Assembly (NCBI GenBank): GCA_963741085.1
Contig: CAVUGM010000006.1
Coordinates: 163,158 to 227,157, forward strand
Reading direction: 5' to 3'
DNA: 64,000 bases
Source: an uncultured Chloroflexia bacterium
GTDB taxonomy: Bacteria; Chloroflexota; Limnocylindria; Limnocylindrales; CSP1-4
Shown here: piece after piece, positions 42,366 to 49,888 of the stretch
Layout of the letters: each line of letters starts with the position of its first letter
How positions within the stretch are numbered: position 1 is the stretch's first letter
Program-made: the position numbers and the translations under genes
Notes under the pieces: generated by a model
Database searches by the model: none
What the model was told of the DNA's origin: nothing
What the model saw: only the letters and a program-made list of their open reading frames with translations

Positions 42366-42869
42366 CTAGCCGCGCAGGAGATCGGGCGGCACGAGCCAGC
42401 GAAGCTCGCCCCCGCCGGGGGAGAGCGGGCGCTGCGCGTCCACCCGCGCAACGGCGCCCTTGCGCATCAGGATCGGCGCCCCGACGAGCTCCGACAGCAG
42501 CTCCGAGAAGTCGGGGTCGTGGCCGACGAGCAGGGCACGCCGGGGGTCCCCGGCGTCCGCCAGGAGCCGATCCAGCGCCGCCAGGTCGAGAGGCTCTGAG
42601 AGCCGGCGCTCCTGCTGGACCGGTCGGTCCAGCAGCCCGGCCACGATCTCGGCCGTCTCTCGCGCCCGCACGAGCGGCGATGCCAGCACGACGTCCGGCG
42701 CGACGCCGGCGGCAGCGAGAAGGCGACCGACCCGCTCGGCCTGGCGGCGACCCTTCTCCGTCAGCGGGCGCAGTCCGTCGGCAGCGTCCCACGTGTCCCG
42801 GTCGCCCGCGTGGGCGTGGCGCAGGAGGTAGATCTCCACGCTGCTGGTCAGGGCCCCGGCGGCCGCCAT
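42366..42869 (-). CDS. sixA: Histidine phosphatase family protein, SixA-like phosphohistidine phosphatase
   Basis: Contains IYLLRHAHAGDRD (RHG motif), LTEKGRRQA, SPLVRARETAEIV and LLVGHDPDF. The ATG shares a base with the arsC stop (42867-42871). Confidence 0.8.
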   Translation of the reverse strand: MAAAGALTSSVEIYLLRHAHAGDRDTWDAADGLRPLTEKGRRQAERVGRLLAAAGVAPDVVLASPLVRARETAEIVAGLLDRPVQQERRLSEPLDLAALDRLLADAGDPRRALLVGHDPDFSELLSELVGAPILMRKGAVARVDAQRPLSPGGGELRWLVPPDLLRG

Positions 42870-43342
42870 CAGCTCTCGCCGTCCCCGACAGCGGCGGCCC
42901 GGCCGTGGGCACGTCGTGCGATCTCGACGAACGGGGTGATCCGGAGGGTCACCTCGCCCAGGACCTGCCGGAACACCGCCAGGCGTTCGTCGTCGGTCCC
43001 GATCGCCGCCGCGGGGTCCTCGAGTCCCCAATGGATCGACGCGTGGTCGCCGGGGAAGACGGGGCACGCCTCGCGGGCCTGGTCGCAGACCGTGATCACG
43101 TAGTCGAAGCGCTCATCCAGGAACTCCACGGCCGACTTCGAGCGGGCTGCCGACCAGTCGATCCCGATCTCCGCGAGCGCCTTCACGGTCAGCGGGTTGA
43201 CGACGCCGGGACGGGTGCCGGCGGACGACACGTCGAAGTCGCGGCCGCCCAGCCGTCGCAGGATCGCCTCGGCGAACTGACTGCGGGCCGAGTTGCCGGT
43301 GCACACGAAGAGGACCCGGATCGGTGCCCGGTCCGGGGTCAC
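42869..43342 (-). CDS. arsC: Arsenate reductase, thioredoxin-coupled LMW-PTPase type
   Basis: Contains the P-loop VLFVCTGNSARSQ (CX5R), the VCDQAREAC pair spaced like the Cys82/Cys89 pair I recall for Staphylococcus ArsC, and HWGLEDPA. The ATG overlaps the phoU stop (ATGA at 43339-43342). Confidence 0.85.
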   Translation of the reverse strand: MTPDRAPIRVLFVCTGNSARSQFAEAILRRLGGRDFDVSSAGTRPGVVNPLTVKALAEIGIDWSAARSKSAVEFLDERFDYVITVCDQAREACPVFPGDHASIHWGLEDPAAAIGTDDERLAVFRQVLGEVTLRITPFVEIARRAHGRAAAVGDGES

Positions 43343-44094
43343 GGGTTGAGGTCCTCGTGGCGCCCAGAGGAGAGGAAGACCACGTCCTCCGCGATGTTCG
43401 TGATGTGATCGCCGACACGCTCCATGTAGCGCGCGGCGATCAGGAGGCGCATCGCACTCTGGACATTCCCGGGATCGCTCCTGGCGAGGTCGGTGAGGCG
43501 GTCCACGGCTCGGTGCCAGAGGGCGTCGATCTCGTCGTCGCGAACCGATACCGTCCGCGCCGCGTCCGCGTCTGCGTCGGTCATGGCCCGGATCGTCTCG
43601 GCCAGAAAGACAGCCGCCAGGCGGCCCATCTCCGGGACGCCGACGTGGCCGTCGAGCGGCGGCTCCGGGGCCAGCTCGCGCGCGCGCTTGGCGACGTTGG
43701 CCACCGAGTCGCCGATCCGCTCCAGCTCGTAGCCGATCCGGTCGAGGGTCAGGAGGAAGCGCAGGTCGCGGGCCACGGGGGCCTGCGTCGCGATCGCGAG
43801 AACCACGAGATCCGTCGCCTCGATCTGCAGTGCGTTGAGCTCGACGTCGCCCTCGATGACCACGAGCGCCTTGGCCGCGTCGTGGGTCTCGAGGGCCTCG
43901 ACCGTCAACCGGATTCGTTCCTCGATGAGGCTTCCCATCCGGACGAGGATGTCCTTGATCGCCCGTTCCTCGCGGTCGAGGGTCTTGCGGGGCACGGTCC
44001 GCATCGGCTCGGGGAGGTCGCCCTCCACGCGGACGAGGATCTCCTCGAGTTCGCGATCGAGCGGCGCGCCCTCGCCGGTCGGCGGCTGATCCAT
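43339..44094 (-). CDS. phoU: Phosphate signalling complex protein PhoU
   Basis: Two PhoU repeats are present (ARDLRFLLTLDRIGYELERIGD and LLIAARYMERVGDHITNIAEDV). Start is at ATG 44094. Confidence 0.9.
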   Translation of the reverse strand: MDQPPTGEGAPLDRELEEILVRVEGDLPEPMRTVPRKTLDREERAIKDILVRMGSLIEERIRLTVEALETHDAAKALVVIEGDVELNALQIEATDLVVLAIATQAPVARDLRFLLTLDRIGYELERIGDSVANVAKRARELAPEPPLDGHVGVPEMGRLAAVFLAETIRAMTDADADAARTVSVRDDEIDALWHRAVDRLTDLARSDPGNVQSAMRLLIAARYMERVGDHITNIAEDVVFLSSGRHEDLNP

Positions 44095-44113
44095 GATCGG
44101 TCCTCCCTGTGGC

Positions 44114-44974
44114 TCAGCCGAACCGGCCGGAGACGTAGTCCTCGGTGAGCTGCTCCCGAGGGTTGGTGAAGATCTTCCGGGTGTCATCCATCTCCACGAG
44201 GTAGCCGGCGCGGTCCTCGTTCATGGAGAAGAAGGCCGTGCTGTCGCTGACCCGCGACGCCTGCTGCATGTTGTGGGTCACGATGACGATCGTGTAGCTG
44301 CCCCGGAGCTCGAGCATCAGCTCCTCGATGCGCAGGGTCGCGACCGGATCGAGGGCCGACGCCGGCTCGTCCATGAGGATCACCTCGGGGTCGACCGCGA
44401 GCGCCCGGGCGATGCACAGGCGCTGCTGCTGGCCGCCCGAGAGCGACGTCCCGCCCTGCTTCAGCTTGTCCTTGACCTCGTCCCATAGCCCGGCTGACAG
44501 CAGGCAGCGCTCCACGATCTCGTCGGTGTCGCCCTTCTTGATCGAGCCGCCGAGCCTGAGGCCCGCGATCACGTTGTCGTAGATGGACATCGTGGGGAAC
44601 GGGTTGGGCCGCTGGAACACCATGCCGACGAACCGCCGCAGGTCCACCGCGTCGACGTCCCGGGCGTAGATGTCGGTGCCGTCGAGGAGGATCTCGCCCT
44701 TCACCGTGGCGTTGCGGGTCAGCTCGTGCATCCGGTTGATCGAGCGCAGGAAGGTGCTCTTGCCGCAGCCCGAGGGGCCGATGATGGCCGTGATCTGGTT
44801 GGCCGCGACATCCATGTCGACATCGCGCACGGCCCGGAAGGTCCCGTAGTACAGGTTGAGCCCGCGGATCCGGAGGCGGACCTCGGGCTCCGGGACGGTC
44901 GCGGCGGCCGCGGGTGCGGAACCCTGTTCCGCGGCCGGCGTGTCGAGCGTCATGCGCGTGGTGTCCTCCGTCAT
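44114..44974 (-). CDS. pstB: Phosphate ABC transporter ATP-binding protein
   Basis: Contains [41 protein letters not shown] and IVTHNMQQA. The ATG overlaps the pstA stop. Confidence 0.95.
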   Translation of the reverse strand: MTEDTTRMTLDTPAAEQGSAPAAAATVPEPEVRLRIRGLNLYYGTFRAVRDVDMDVAANQITAIIGPSGCGKSTFLRSINRMHELTRNATVKGEILLDGTDIYARDVDAVDLRRFVGMVFQRPNPFPTMSIYDNVIAGLRLGGSIKKGDTDEIVERCLLSAGLWDEVKDKLKQGGTSLSGGQQQRLCIARALAVDPEVILMDEPASALDPVATLRIEELMLELRGSYTIVIVTHNMQQASRVSDSTAFFSMNEDRAGYLVEMDDTRKIFTNPREQLTEDYVSGRFG

Positions 44975-45861
44975 GCGCGGGTCCCGCCCATCGAGCGGAA
45001 CCGGACCAGCACGTTGATGCCCAGAACCATGAGCAGCAGCAGGAGCGCGGCTCCCCAGGCCTGCTCGTTCAGAGCGTTGATGGGTGACTGGGACCCGCTG
45101 TAGATGAAGAGGGTGAGCGTGTCCATCGGCTTGCTCCAGTTGCCGACGTTCACGAGGCGCGAGCCGAGAGTCGTGAAGAGGAGCGGCGCCGTCTCGCCGG
45201 CCGCGCGCGCGACGGCCAGCATCACCCCGGTCAGGATCCCGGCGCGGGCAGTCGGGAGCACGACCGACACCGTGGTCCGCCAGCTCGGCGCTCCAAGGGC
45301 CAGCGACCCCTCGCGTAGCTCGCGTGGCACGAGCTGGAGGACTTCCTCGGTCGTCCGCTGGATCACCGGGACCATGATGACGGCGAGGGCCACCGCGCCG
45401 GCGAACGCGTTGTACTGCTTGAAGGGGAGCACCAGGACCGCGTAGACGACGATGCCGATCAGGATGGAAGGCACGCCGACCATGACCTCGGATGCGAAGC
45501 GCACCGAGCGGGCAGCTTGGTGTCCCGCGAACTCGCTGACGAAGATGCCAGCCAGGACGCCAACCGGGATCGCCATGAGCGACGCGAGGCCCACGATCTG
45601 GAGGGTGCCCAGCCATGCCTGCAGCGCCCCGCCGCCCACGCCGAGGGCCTTCGACGGCTGGGTCAGGAACTCGACGCTGATCGCCGGCAGGCCCTTGATC
45701 ACGACATAGATCAGCACGGCCGCGAGTGGGATCGTGCAGGTGATCGTGGCCAGCATGGCGATCGAGCGGGCGACCCGGTCGACGGTCTTGCGACGCGAGC
45801 CCTTCTGGGCGTACAGCCGCTCGGCGAACGTCCCCGTCCGCACGACAGTCGTCGCGCTCAT
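44971..45861 (-). CDS. pstA: Phosphate ABC transporter permease PstA
   Basis: Multi-TM protein with the EAA-type loop [14 protein letters not shown] and [13 protein letters not shown]. The ATG overlaps the pstC stop. Confidence 0.9.
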   Translation of the reverse strand: MSATTVVRTGTFAERLYAQKGSRRKTVDRVARSIAMLATITCTIPLAAVLIYVVIKGLPAISVEFLTQPSKALGVGGGALQAWLGTLQIVGLASLMAIPVGVLAGIFVSEFAGHQAARSVRFASEVMVGVPSILIGIVVYAVLVLPFKQYNAFAGAVALAVIMVPVIQRTTEEVLQLVPRELREGSLALGAPSWRTTVSVVLPTARAGILTGVMLAVARAAGETAPLLFTTLGSRLVNVGNWSKPMDTLTLFIYSGSQSPINALNEQAWGAALLLLLMVLGINVLVRFRSMGGTRA

Positions 45862-46808
45862 CGCCGTGGCCCCTGGGACGTCCGGCTCACGAGGGCGCGG
45901 GCGAGGACGTTGAGTATCACGGTGATCGCGAGGAGGATGACCCCCAGGGCGACGAGCGACTGGGCCTGGAGTCCCGTCGACTCGTTGAAGGTCACGGCGA
46001 TCTTGGAGGCGATCGACTGACCCTGCGCGAAGATCGAGGTGGGGATCTCGTCCTTGTTGCCGATCACCATCGTGACTGCCATCGTCTCGCCGAGTGCCCG
46101 GCCGAGCGCGAGGATGACCGCGCCGATGATGCCCGAGCGGGCGTAGGGCACGACGGCCTTGGAGGCGACCTCCCAGTGGGTACCCCCGAGGCCGTACATC
46201 GCCTCGCGCTGGGCGGTGGGGACGGAACGCAACACCTCGCGCCCGATCGACACCAGGGTGGGCAGGATCATGATCGTCAGGATGACGCCGGCGGTGCTGA
46301 TGCTCAGCCCGTAGCTCGGGCCCGCGAACATCGGGAGCCAGCCGAGCGTCGAGATGATGAACTTGTCGACCGTGTCCCGCAGGAACGGGGCCAGGATGTA
46401 GATGCCCCACAGGCCGAGGACGACCGAAGGGATCGCCGCCAGCAGCTCGATCGTGAACGTCAGCGGTGTGGCGATCCGCCGGTTCGCGAACTCCGACAGG
46501 AAGATCGCGGTGAGTACTCCGATCGGCGTGGCCAGCAGCAGCGCGATCGCCGACGTGTAGAGGGTGCCGAGGATGAACGGGACGGCGCCGTAGATGTCGC
46601 GGACCGGGTCCCAGTTCGTGCCCGTGATGAAGCCGAGGCCGAACTCCTGCCAGGCCGGCCATGAGCCGATCAGGAGGATGATCGCGGTGGCGATGAGCAG
46701 CGCGACGATGGCAAAGGCCAGCCATCGCGTGCCGATCGTGAACGCGCGGTCGCCGCGGCGCGGATGGCGTCGCGTGGGGAGGCCGGCGGTCCGCGGGAGC
46801 GAGGTCAT
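45858..46808 (-). CDS. pstC: Phosphate ABC transporter permease PstC
   Basis: A 316-aa multi-TM protein with [14 protein letters not shown] and [16 protein letters not shown]. Confidence 0.9.
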   Translation of the reverse strand: MTSLPRTAGLPTRRHPRRGDRAFTIGTRWLAFAIVALLIATAIILLIGSWPAWQEFGLGFITGTNWDPVRDIYGAVPFILGTLYTSAIALLLATPIGVLTAIFLSEFANRRIATPLTFTIELLAAIPSVVLGLWGIYILAPFLRDTVDKFIISTLGWLPMFAGPSYGLSISTAGVILTIMILPTLVSIGREVLRSVPTAQREAMYGLGGTHWEVASKAVVPYARSGIIGAVILALGRALGETMAVTMVIGNKDEIPTSIFAQGQSIASKIAVTFNESTGLQAQSLVALGVILLAITVILNVLARALVSRTSQGPRR

Positions 46809-46882
46809 CCTTTCCTCATCCTACAAGGGTCCGAAACGCGGGAAGCTCGGTCGCACGGGCACCAGGATCGTCTGGGGGCGAA

Positions 46883-46923
46883 GAAGGGAAGGCCCCGCTC
46901 CGAGCAGCGGGGGCCTTCCCTTC
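46883..46923 (-). terminator. Strong stem-loop between pstS and pstC (intra-operon attenuator or partial terminator)
   Basis: gaagggaaggccccgc ... gcgggggccttcccttc forms a roughly 15-bp stem with one bulge, about 24 nt after the pstS stop. Confidence 0.45.
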
Positions 46924-46946
46924 GGGTCAGACTGCGAGATCCGGGG

Positions 46947-48152
46947 TCACTTCGTCCAGATGGGGGCGCCGCCGTACGTGAAGGTGTGGAGGTTGTCGAT
47001 GGACTTCTGCTGGATATCCGCGGGCAGCGGCGCATAGCCGAGCGCCTTCTCCTGCGGCTGGCCGTCGGTGAGAGCCCAGTACATGAATGCCACGAGGGCC
47101 TGCCCCTTGGCCTGGTCCTTCTGGTCCAGGTAGGCCAGGATGTAGGTGTAGGAGGCAATCGGGTATGTCGTGGCGCCGGCGCCGTTGATGATCGGGTCCT
47201 GCCGGAAGTCGGCCGGGAAGGTCGACGCCGCGGCCTCGGCGGCGGCGGTCACGCCGTCGACCGAGCCCTGGACGTAGTTGCCGTCGGCGTTCTTCAGCGA
47301 GGCCGACGGGAGGTTCGCCTGGGTGGCGTACTGGAGCTCCACGTAGCCGATGGAACCGGGGGTCTGCTTGACCGTGGCGGCGACGCCGTCGTTGCCCTTG
47401 CCGCCGACGCCGGTCGGCCACTTGACATCCTTGCCAACGCCCGGTCCGCTCTTCCAGTCGGCGCTGACCGCGGCGAGGTAGCTCGTGAACGCGTTCGTGG
47501 TGCCCGATCCGTCGGAGCGATGGACCACGACGATATTGCTGCTCGGGAGGGTCGCGCCCGGGTTCTGGGCGGCGATCGCCGGGTCGTTCCAGACGGTGAT
47601 CTTGCCCTGGAAGATCGCCGCGGTCGTCGGGCCGTCGAGCTTGAGGTCCGTCACGCCGGGGACGTTGTAGATGAGGACGACGGCGCCGAGTGCCATGGGC
47701 ACGTGGACGATCGACGTGCCGGGCTTGAGGGCCGCGATCTCGGAATCCTTCATCGCCGCGTCGGAGGCGCCGAAGTCCACGGTCTGGTCCGTGATCGCCT
47801 TGATCCCGGCTCCGGACCCGTTCGCCGTGTAGTCGATCTTGATGTTCGGGTACAGGGCCCCGTACTTCTCGAACCAGACCTGGTAGAGCGGTGCCGGGAA
47901 GGTGGCGCCGGCGCCGGTCAGGCTCACGTCGCCCGTCGGGACGGCCGGGGGAGTAACGGCCGCGGCCGATGGGGACGCGGCGGCGCTGGCGCCGGGAGCC
48001 GCAGAGGCGGCCATGCTGGCGCTCGGGGCGGCGCTCGCGGCGGCAGACGCGGACGCTGCAGGCGTCGGCGACGAGCCGCTGGAGCAGGCCGCGACGGCGA
48101 TCGCCGCCACGAGGGCCAGCGCACCGATCCGCTTCGGGGATGTGATCGTCAC
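46947..48152 (-). CDS. pstS: Phosphate-binding lipoprotein PstS
   Basis: Contains the lipobox LVAAIAVAACSS, an Ala/Ser/Pro linker, then GAGATFPAPLY, GSGAGI, HRSDGSGTT and GYVELQYA. GTG start with AGGAGG 8 nt upstream. Confidence 0.95.
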   Translation of the reverse strand: MTITSPKRIGALALVAAIAVAACSSGSSPTPAASASAAASAAPSASMAASAAPGASAAASPSAAAVTPPAVPTGDVSLTGAGATFPAPLYQVWFEKYGALYPNIKIDYTANGSGAGIKAITDQTVDFGASDAAMKDSEIAALKPGTSIVHVPMALGAVVLIYNVPGVTDLKLDGPTTAAIFQGKITVWNDPAIAAQNPGATLPSSNIVVVHRSDGSGTTNAFTSYLAAVSADWKSGPGVGKDVKWPTGVGGKGNDGVAATVKQTPGSIGYVELQYATQANLPSASLKNADGNYVQGSVDGVTAAAEAAASTFPADFRQDPIINGAGATTYPIASYTYILAYLDQKDQAKGQALVAFMYWALTDGQPQEKALGYAPLPADIQQKSIDNLHTFTYGGAPIWTK

Positions 48153-48262
48153 GTGCGATTCCTCCTGTGCCGCCGGGCACGGCTCGACGCGCCTCGGGCA
48201 GCTGGAAATACGGTTTCCGCACGGAGCCTGCTCAGGCGCGATGAACTGCCGGTTTGCTGGCC

Positions 48263-48284
48263 GTTAAGTGATTGTTAACGCGGC
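48263..48284 (-). promoter_or_regulatory. Pho-box-like pair of 11-nt-phased hexamers in the pstS / ORF-104 divergent region
   Basis: In pstS orientation this reads GCGTTAACAATCACTTAACGG (GTTAAC and CTTAAC 11 nt apart). The 11-mer CGTTAACAATC is identical to the one at 29701-29711. Confidence 0.4.
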
Positions 48285-48407
48285 TCCGAGGAGCGGCGAG
48301 CCATGGTGGGCCCACCTGCCGCTACGGCCGGCGCCCGCTGCCCGGCGGGTGCAGACTGGCGCGAGCCGTCCGCGGTCCGGACGGCCGCCGGTTAGAGGGC
48401 ACCAGGC

Positions 48408-48722
48408 GTGGCGAAGCCATCGGGCAGGAAGAAGGGCAAGAAGGACACCAAGGTGTCCGGCCACCCCCTCGACATCGCGACCGTCGAACGGGCGCTCGAG
48501 GCTGCCCTGCAGCGCGAGGCGAAGCTTGCGTCGCGCCTGGACGCCGTCCGCACGGAGATCGCCACGCTTCGCCTGGTGCTCGCTGGCATGGCGGCGCCGC
48601 CCGACCTGGCGCCGGCACTCCCGGCTGATCCTGAGCCACCAGCCCCGGCGGCGACGCGGCCGCCCCGCACGCAGGCCCGGGCGCGTCGGGCAACCCCGCC
48701 CGCCGGCGAGGCCGAACGCTGA
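48408..48722 (+). CDS. Hypothetical 104-aa protein (basic N-terminus, predicted coiled-coil, Pro-rich tail)
   Basis: MAKPSGRKKGKKDTKVSGHPLDIATVERALEAALQREAKLASRLDAVRTEIATLRLVL..., with a GTG start. It may instead be an N-terminal extension of the following Ppx/GppA gene if an indel sits at about 48718. Confidence 0.4.
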   Translation: MAKPSGRKKGKKDTKVSGHPLDIATVERALEAALQREAKLASRLDAVRTEIATLRLVLAGMAAPPDLAPALPADPEPPAPAATRPPRTQARARRATPPAGEAER

Positions 48723-49672
48723 AAGGGAGCGCCAGCGCCCCCGTCTACGCCGCCGTCGACGTCGGGTCGAACTCGGTCCACCTCCTCGTCGCCGAGGTCG
48801 ATGGCCACCGCCTGGACCCGCTCGCCGACGAGTCGGTCAAGCTCGGCCTTGGCGACACCGTCGAATCGCTCGGCACGCTCCCCGCACCCGGCCGCGACGT
48901 CCTGGTCGCCGAGCTCGTGCGCTACGCGGAGCGTGCCCGGGCGCTGGGTGCCGACAGGATGGCACTCGTCGCCACCCAGCCCCTGCGTGGGGCGGCCGAC
49001 GCTCGTGCCGTCGTCGCCGCCGTGGAGGCGGCGACGGGCGTTGCCTTTCACGTCCTCGGCCACGAGGAGGAGGCCCTGCTCAACCTGCTCGGGGCCACGT
49101 CCGGCCGCGCGATCGAGGGGTCGCTCGCGGTCGTCGACATCGGCGGCGGAAGCACCGAGGTCGTGGTGCTCGATCCGGGTGAGCATGCGCGCTCACAGGG
49201 TCTGGCGGTCGGGTGTGCCACGCTGACGCGACGCCTGGTCGCCCACGACCCGCCGACCCCGGAGGAGCACGCAGCGCTGCGCGAGGCCGCCGGCCGGGCC
49301 ATGCTCGACGCGCCGACCGGGTCGCCGCGAACGATGCTCGCCGTCGGCGGGACATCGTCGAATCTCGTGAAGGTCGTGCCGGCCGCGGGACGCGACCGGG
49401 CCATCAGCCGGCGCAGGCTTGCGCTTGCGCGCCGGACCCTGGCGGGCGCTCCGGCAGCAGCGGTGGCGGCCCGCTTCGGGATCACCGAGCGCCGCGCGCG
49501 GCTGCTGCCGGCCGGCGCCGCGCTCCTCGAAGCCCTCCTGGAGCGGTACGCGCTCGAGTGCGCGACGGCGGTCGAGGAAGGCCTCCGCGAAGGCGTGATC
49601 CTCGGCCTTGCCTGGGCCGGCGACGCCTGGCGCGACCGCCTGGGCGCCCTTGCCCACGGCTGGGGCGCCTGA
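48719..49672 (+). CDS. Ppx/GppA family phosphatase (exopolyphosphatase-like, short form); start codon unresolved
   Basis: Contains YAAVDVGSNSVHLLVAEV, LVATQPLRGAADA, VVDIGGGSTEVV and LAVGGTSSNL, the ASKHA-fold motifs. The frame has no ATG/GTG/TTG between the stop at 48632-48634 and the essential DVGSNS motif; a CTG at 48719 follows the SD-like AAGGGAG region. Confidence 0.85.
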   Translation: MKGSASAPVYAAVDVGSNSVHLLVAEVDGHRLDPLADESVKLGLGDTVESLGTLPAPGRDVLVAELVRYAERARALGADRMALVATQPLRGAADARAVVAAVEAATGVAFHVLGHEEEALLNLLGATSGRAIEGSLAVVDIGGGSTEVVVLDPGEHARSQGLAVGCATLTRRLVAHDPPTPEEHAALREAAGRAMLDAPTGSPRTMLAVGGTSSNLVKVVPAAGRDRAISRRRLALARRTLAGAPAAAVAARFGITERRARLLPAGAALLEALLERYALECATAVEEGLREGVILGLAWAGDAWRDRLGALAHGWGA

Positions 49673-49823
49673 GGCTCGGCCCCGGGCCGGCGACGCCTGG
49701 CGCGACCGCCTGGACGCCCTTGCCCACGGCTGGGGCGCCTGAGGCTCGGCCCCGGGCCGGCGACGCCTGGCGCGACCGCCTGGACGCCCTTGCCCACGGC
49801 TGGGGCGCCTGAGGCTCGGCCCC
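49614..49823 (+). repeat. 70-bp tandem repeat x3 spanning the 3' end of the Ppx/GppA gene
   Basis: Units start at 49614, 49684 and 49754. Each contains the last ~17 codons (AGDAWRDRL[G/D]ALAHGWGA), a TGA and 11 nt of trailer. Copies 2 and 3 are identical and differ from copy 1 by one G-to-A change. Confidence 0.9.
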
Positions 49824-49869
49824 GGGCCGAGCCGGGTCGGGTGACCGGGCCGAGCTCGGTCGGGTGACC
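49824..49869. repeat. 23-bp tandem repeat x2 plus hairpin in the convergent intergenic region
   Basis: gggccgagccgggtcgggtgacc / gggccgagctcggtcgggtgacc. In addition, ggctcggcc-ccg-ggccgagcc (49813-49833) forms a perfect 9-bp stem and is a probable terminator. Confidence 0.8.
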
Positions 49870-49888
49870 CGCGCCCGCCCGCGCCGCG

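Noticed and set aside
40688-43408. A 906-aa plus-strand ORF. Similar giants lie at 12030..14492 (+), 12262..14415 (-), 23765..25591 (-) and 56814..58706 (+).
   Set aside because: All overlap genes with clear family motifs on the other strand or in another frame. They have extreme Arg/Pro/Gly content and no domains.
40408-48152. The arsenic and phosphate region as a horizontally acquired genomic island or mobile element.
   Set aside because: There is no integrase, transposase, tRNA target, flanking direct repeats or visible compositional break. Gene content is core phosphate metabolism.
49614-49869. Possible CRISPR array, given regularly spaced repeats.
   Set aside because: The units are contiguous with no unique spacers, they duplicate the 3' end of a gene including its stop codon, and no cas genes are present.
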